A stretch of 64,000 bases of DNA from Paraspadella gotoi. Taxonomy: Eukaryota > Animalia > Chaetognatha. The notes beneath the pieces are model-generated. The model was not told the origin of the DNA. It was given only the letters and a program-made list of their open reading frames with translations, and did not search any database. A program made the position numbers and the translations under genes. The stretch lies in contig CM119266.1 in the NCBI GenBank assembly GCA_051294375.1, positions 13,394,735-13,458,734 of the forward strand, written 5' to 3'. This document shows positions 54,746 through 64,000 of the stretch, one piece after another. Within the stretch, counting starts at the first letter, position 1, and the number at the start of each line of letters is the position of its first letter.

Positions 54746-55226
54746 GAGAGAGAGGGAATCTGGAGACAGAGACAAACAATCAAAAAAACATCGCCGCTGA
54801 TGAAGGGAGACGAAGAGCATTTCGTGACGAGAGGCGAACGACGTTAGAGGCGTGTGCGTGTGGAGTCGTGCGGGAACGGGACCTGGCTCTGAAGTGGAGG
54901 AGAGAGATTGGCTCGACGGGTGTGTATGATTGTAGGGGTGTCGAATGGTGGGGGGATGGAGGGGGGGGGTAAATCGAAGAAAGTCTAAGGAAGGAAAGAG
55001 ATCGAATTGTGGGCGGAGATTCTCTCTCGATTCCATCGTGGGCGTTTTGACGAATTCGCGAACGAAACGATGTCGATGATGACGATGATGATGACGACGA
55101 TGATACGATGATGACGACGTCATCGCTCAACCGATGATAACGATATCGGCGACGATAACGACGACAACATTCCCTTTCGATTTTTCACTCTCGCAGAAGA
55201 TAAAGTTCCTTTTACGAAAACGATGA

Positions 55227-55285
<59 letters not shown>
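52585..55285 (+). repeat. ~2.7-kb segment, copy 1 of a near-identical direct duplication
   Basis: Collinear with 58833-61651 from (GA)n-caatggcgaagtttacatc to aaacgatgatc(TC)n; the identical 79-aa spurious ORF appears in both copies. Confidence 0.95.
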
Positions 55286-58200
55286 TAAAGTCTCTGAATC
55301 GTCGAACGAACAAGTCGCATGCTCCTGCCAATTATTTTTTCACTAAAAACTGACTTGGGAAAATTCGGCCCGTGGCTCAACTGGACTTAGAGAGTTTCTC
55401 AAAAACTTACTACTAAGAAACAATTGAGAATATGCTTACGAAATCAACAAAATAAACTACATAACAGTAAATAGTCCAATCAGCATTTAAAAAATGCCAA
55501 TTGAGCAATCTGACGAAATCAATGTTTTAGAAACAAAAAATTCGAATAAGCTCGAATCTCGAGTGGTCACGATCCAAAGCAGAATGACCAGTTAACATGC
55601 TGGTTTTATAAAGAAGAAGACTTCGAAAAGTTTTTTGACAACCTTAACACCAAGAACGTGCAAAATTTAAAGGTATACTAGACAGAAATGAAATTCTGAT
55701 AAACGAAGCAAATGTTTAAGTCCTAGACTCCAACAAAACCAACAGGAACGCCTGCTAAGCGACAGAAGCGAAGTTTTGATCAACGGAACGAGTCCGAACA
55801 GGTCGCAACACACCTAGGAGCGACACGAGGAGTCAAGGAACTCGATAAGAGGAGCCACGGCCAAAAAGAAAGCCCAAGAAGTCCAAAGTTCAGTAAAGAA
55901 GGTACGCAAAGAAAGATTGGCAATTTTAGTAAGTAATTCAATAAGTGATGAAAATCAAGAAGAATCGTAAAACGCTAATGGAATATTCTTTTTTTTGAAA
56001 CAAGTATTCCAATGGGAACGGCTTAGACGAGTTTAAGTTACACAAAAAGGGAGTTAGTACTATTTGGATCTTCTCCCAAAGATTAATAACACTTTACTAT
56101 AATATAGAGAAATGGTCTAAAAAACGAATACAATTTCGTTTCCCAGATTAAGCGACGCAAATCGGCGGAACAATGCGTGTCATCCGTGTGTCGAGCCAGA
56201 AGTAACTGAAGACGAGATCGACCTCAAGTTGAGAAAAGACGATTACTCACCTTCCGGAGTCAAACGCATCAGAGTCGGTAAAGATCAAGTCGCAACTTGG
56301 AGTGTAAAAGTCATCCTGCGATCAAATAAAGAAAAAGACAGGTTAATGAACGAAGGTTTCAAATTATACTTTAAAATCATAAGGTTGAAGATTGTTAAAC
56401 GCATACCCATTCCCAATGCTATAGATTTGTCTGAAGATTGGTCACTCAGCTTCGAGTGCAAAGAGACTAAAGACACCTGCTCCAGATGCGCTCAAGAACA
56501 CAGGTTGAAAGACTGTATCGCCACGGAAGAAGACATCAAGTGTGCAAATTGCAGCCAAAACATCCGGCAACGTACAAAGGTTGTCAATAATTAGAACAAG
56601 TATGAATAAAATGAGACAAGAGAATGTACAAAAACAAACCGACGGCTAATAGTACATTCCGTCCACAGCAAACTCTCTCTACTCCGAGTCCTAAAGAACA
56701 ACGCGAGACAAGTCCCTGAAACTTCAAATAGCGACACAATTGAAAATGCCTTGTGGATAGTCCTGGATAATCGTCGTCAAGACTCTGGCTAGACTGTGGA
56801 ATATTAAAAGACGGATTTTCAGAAAAGCCTGGTGAGAAACATTACGGAGGTTGTCATGGCGAAAGCCAAACATAAAAATAATTTCGGAGATTTGAAAAAT
56901 AGAGCAGAAAAAATCGGGTTGAAGGAAAGTAATAATGTGAGAAGTATCAAAGGTTTCTTACAAAGTCAGACCTCACGAGTCAGAACATTGGCGATATAAA
57001 CAAGTTTGCCCCGAAATTCTGCAGGAGGGATGCCAACCAAATACTCGACACCTACAGCTGCGCGTCACATCCTGTGAAGAGCAAACCAATACTAGCGAAA
57101 ATCATCCGGAAATATTGGCGGAACAAGGAGACGCCGAAAGAGTCTCAAACTACAAGCCGGACCAATCGACAGCTCAAACGGACAAAGATCAATCACAGAT
57201 GTATGGTTACGAGCAAGTGTCATGGATACCCAATGCCAGGGCTACCTACCAACCTATCTCCACAACCAACTGGGGACTCTCGCGTCCAGTCCCGTATGTA
57301 TCGATCAGAACCTTTCACAACAGCAGCAAGGCCCGCTTCTCCAAGCTCCACAGGCCATAACCAGACGTCACAGATATCAGTCGTCAGGGGTCCATCACAG
57401 ATCCCTATGACAACCCAGTGGATAAACCAAGGTCAAAGATATCCAGTTCAAACTGGAGGAGGAAGCTGAGTCAAGTCAGTTTATAACAAGGCAACCCGCT
57501 ACAGATACAAAATGCAGGAGCGCATCTTTCACAGACAGAAATGGCATCTGAAAATAAAATCATCAGTATTGCTGCAGGTAAACGCAATTCAGCATTGCAC
57601 GAAAAACTGAGTTAACCGTTTAATACTAAAGATAAATAAGAAATTAAATAATCTTATAGCACATATTACTGATAAACGACACTAGGCTTAAAAAAGAAGA
57701 TAACTACGTGGTGAAGGGATACATTACAATTAAACGTGATCACCCATCAAATCGCGAGGACCTGGGGGGGTATTAATATTGTTACCAAAGAGTACACAGT
57801 AATTGGAGACATACCTAAGTAAAGACCAATGAATCCGAACACATAATAACATGCATGAACATAGCAACACAGGAAGACTCATTTTAGCGACAGTTTATGC
57901 ACATCCAGGTCAAAAAGTCTCTAAAATTTTTTTAAAAAGGACTGTAGAACTTGCAAATAAATAGTAATAACGCACCATTATTAATAATGGGCGATATAAA
58001 TGCCAAATTGCAGCAGTTTAGAGAAGGAATCAAATACAGAGGGTAAACACTTGAAAAAACTCTTAGATGAGCTAAATTTAGAATGCATCAATACAGGTGA
58101 TCCAACGTATTACAGCTTCTCGAACAACTCAACTGCCTCATTAGATCTAAGCATCGGTAATGAAAATTGCCTTCGTTAGACTACAGCATGGAAAACGCTT

Positions 58201-58807
58201 GATCCAATCAAAGCGATCACCTGCAACAGAAGTGGTCCTGGAAGCACGAGGAAATAGAGTAAATTTAGGATGACCTTGAAGATAAATTGGGAACATTTCC
58301 GAGATAAACAGAACAGGCCTTCGAATCACTGCCTTCAGTGAGTGAGAATATGCCAAATGAAGATATTGAAAAATGGCAGAATCCTTTTCGAATATTGTTA
58401 GCCAAACCGCAGCTACGTCGTCAGACAAACATAAAATTATGTTAAAGGGTGAAGTAAAATTGTCAAAGGAAAGAAAGTGTTGTGATGAATCTCAAGCGCA
58501 AAATTCATAATTGGCGGAGAGGCATAACGAATGAACACTTTTAATAAAGAGATATTAAGGAAAATCTACAACAAGTCAGCTCTGAATTGAAAAATCACTG
58601 AAGAATGACTCAGAAATACATTATGAAAAAAGGGTGAGTGAGATGGCACTCACAAATGACGCAACAAAAAATGAGGATATATAAGGACATCGACCAACAT
58701 GAACACGGCGGAATGTAGTCTTCCTCCACTGGAGAGGGGAGATGGATCAAAGGCAATCTCGGCGGAAGAACGTGCAAAAGTACATGCAAGAAAGGCCTAA
58801 AGAGATC
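55286..58807 (+). mobile_element. Decayed non-LTR retrotransposon (I/Jockey-group-like LINE): 5' part with gag-like ORF1 and APE endonuclease; RT not seen before the gap
   Basis: ORF1 remnants with CCHC knuckles CSRCAQEHRLKDC and KCANC (~56478-56570). Endonuclease motifs ~57540-58230: GY..IKRDHP..RGG.GGVLI, ATVYAHP, LLIMGDINAK, INTGDPTYYS.....SLDL, SDHL. Many stops and frameshifts. Begins right after a (TC)n tract and ends at an N-gap. Confidence 0.85.
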
Positions 58808-58832
58808 NNNNNNNNNNNNNNNNNNNNNNNNN

Positions 58833-61655
<2,823 letters not shown>

Positions 61656-62535
61656 CTCTGTCTCGTCGAGCTGTCACGTAGTTTCTTTGATTTCATTCTT
61701 AGGGTCGAACCCGCGAGATGATCGTTTGACATCAAGACACATCACTCAATCAATAATGACATTTCAATTTCGTTTGGTACGAAATCTCCCTTTTCTTTAA
61801 GCTCATGTTTGACGCTGTTTCGTATTTATTTAGTCGCCATGATACTGAAACCCTGTACATTCGTAGTCTGAGAAAAACACCTTAGGTTTAATGGTTAATA
61901 AAGTTAAAATGAAGTGCTTCCGTTCCAGTTTCACTTTTTCCGATTTTTTCAAAGTTATTGCACCTTACGCGCTCCATCCTTACCACCGCAGCGGCACCGC
62001 TCCGACTCTCCGCTTTTTTAACCTCACCCATTTGCTGCTGAGCGCCTGACCCGTTACCCAGTTTTCCCGCCAAACTCGTCTCGCCGGGTTTTAACTAAAA
62101 ACACTCGCGAGATTCCTCCTTCCTCAGTTTCTACTCGTGCGAAAGATTCAGTGTTTTGCTTTCAAGCTGAATTAACAAGCTGAATTAACAGCTGAACTGT
62201 AAACACTTCATGCAGTCATGGAGAACACTATACGGTACGGTCATGTGTACGTGTATAAAGAGCAAAATAGGAAAATGGTTTGAATCAATTTTTGATGAGT
62301 AATTTATTCTCAACGTTTAAAGAGGTTTAACGGTCGGTTAATCTCGGCTTCGTAAAGAAAGAAAATCGTAAATCCAAAGATTGAAAATTACGGATTAGTT
62401 TATATAGGACGATCGAAGTGCGTTGTCACGAAACTGACATTGTTTGTAAACAAAAAAAACAAAACAAAGTTCGTTAAAAAACAGCAGAAAGAACTAGAAC
62501 GACAACAACGACAACAACGACAACGAGGCCGACAC

Positions 62536-62665
62536 CCGATTTATTTTCGGCGGTGAAATCGTTTGGCGAAGCGACGGAGCGAATCGACTCAGGTTTGAAA
62601 TGCACCTGCGCTGGCACCCGAGTCTCGTCGGCGGCAGGTGCAAGGGTCGGACACGTCGGGGTCAT
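62536..62665 (-). CDS. Candidate first coding exon (MTPTCPTLAPAADETRVPAQ...ENKS), phase-1 donor
   Basis: GC-rich ATG-initiated frame ending G|GTGTCG; phase compatible with the acceptors at 44617 and 40308; no homology recognised. Confidence 0.25.
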
Positions 62666-63958
62666 CCCAAGTTTAAAGCGATTTTTGCCGTTGTCTATTT
62701 CGTAACGGAGAAAATGTAAAGTTTAGTTTCAAAAGCAGTTGGAACACGGTGTCATTGTCACAAGAGTAAATACTAATCAGCATAAGTAAATTTTAAGTCA
62801 GAATGTGTTAAATTTCGATCGATTTAAATAAGGAACATATAGTGCACTGACCGAGAGCGAAAAATCCATAGATATCCACCCAAACTCTCCCCCCCCCCCA
62901 TCCGCTTAAAAAAGAGAGCGGACTCCAGGCGGCAAATGGCGGCCTTGAAATGGTGTTGGCGTTCGCCCGACGGGAAGATTCATTTCCAATTCCTCAGGAT
63001 GGAGGAAAAAAGTCAAAATGGAGGAGAAAAGAAAGAAATTTAAAAAAAATTGGCGAGAGAAAAGAAAAAGCGAGAGAGATCGGCGCTAAAGTGAAACGGA
63101 AATCACCATTCACTGCCATATTCGTCGTTGGAAAATCAGAAGAAATGATGGGAAAGAAAAACGACTAATGAAATTTTTTTTTTACCAGCGAAGCGACGCA
63201 ATCGTCAGAAACAAGATTGGGTTGGATTGCGTATCATTGCTCAATGCAAAAGCGAATCTTTTAGTTTGGAAATCTTGATTAGGAAAACTGCTTATAAAGA
63301 AACGTTAAAAGTGCACTATTTCTTTTATTATTAACTAATATTTCCATCTTTTTTTGACAGATTATCGTTCATGGTAGGCAAAATATTAAGCATTAAACAG
63401 TGCATGTGATGGCTTTAAATTTATTGAAAGTACTGAAAATCACACTTGAATCGTTTTAGTATGTTATCAAATTAAAAATTTATAACGTACTTTCTTCACA
63501 AACTGAAACAGAAAAGCGCCGGGGCGGCCTTCAACAAACTCTTATTATTTTAAAGAATTTTTGACTCAGCAGATGTAAAGAAGATTGGCAATGCCAATAG
63601 CAATACCAATCGACTGAAAGGAGAGAAAAAGCCGCTAAAACGTTTTATTGCTCAACCAATCTGCCAATCGCAAAGGATCCGCGCGCGCGCGCAGCAACCG
63701 GTTTTTTGTTGTTTTTTTNNNNNNNNNNNNNNNNNNNNNNNNNAGAGAGATGATCCCCTAGATCAATGCCTCATCACCCGACCCCAAACTCCACTCACCT
63801 TTTCCGCCATTCTCCCCTCTTCTCTTCGCTGGCCGTCAAAACAAGAAAAGAATAGAATACAAAAAACAGTTTTGCTTTCCGCCGCGATCTCGCGATATTT
63901 CTTCCGGAAGCTGTAAACCGTTTTTTTAAGACCCGGGCGTTAGATGTGGATTCTAAAG

Positions 63959-64000
63959 ATGGCGGAAGAAGGCGTCGAATTTGGCGTCGGTGGCGGTAGG
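63959..64000 (+). CDS. Possible first exon of a gene continuing beyond the window (MAEEGVEFGVGG...)
   Basis: aagATGGcg in good initiation context after a CpG-rich stretch; possible donor G|GTAGG at the window end. Confidence 0.2.
   Translation, partial: MAEEGVEFGVGGGR

Overview
Eukaryotic (invertebrate bilaterian, probably spiralian-like) draft-assembly DNA with AT-rich, microsatellite-dense introns, GC-rich exons and eight N-gaps. By hand-splicing I can support: the 3' end of a probable ESRP/fusilli gene (+, 12-1334); a 4-exon gene for a stand-alone, bacterial-looking discoidin/CBM32 domain (+, 2678-3886); a complete 14-exon TRH-receptor-type GPCR (-, 4557-22615, 709 aa); a single-exon secreted, probably GPI-anchored 8-Cys mini-protein (-, 27623-27928); a U-shaped/FOG (ZFPM) zinc-finger gene (-, 34964 to at least 40308, 5' end not found); and a Jiraiya/TMEM221 membrane protein with a ~1000-aa low-complexity N-terminus in one 3.7-kb exon (-, 40890-44617), apparently inside the ush locus. 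Mobile or repeat content includes a decayed LINE inserted in a (TC)n tract between two ~2.7-kb near-identical copies (likely two haplotypes), Helentron-associated (DINE-1-like) elements, a tRNA-derived SINE-like element and a foldback hairpin. The most intriguing non-coding signals are a dispersed ~250-nt element with compensatory base changes (two copies), a tandem structured repeat, and a minimal hammerhead-ribozyme-like motif. All family assignments come from recognised motifs, not database searches.
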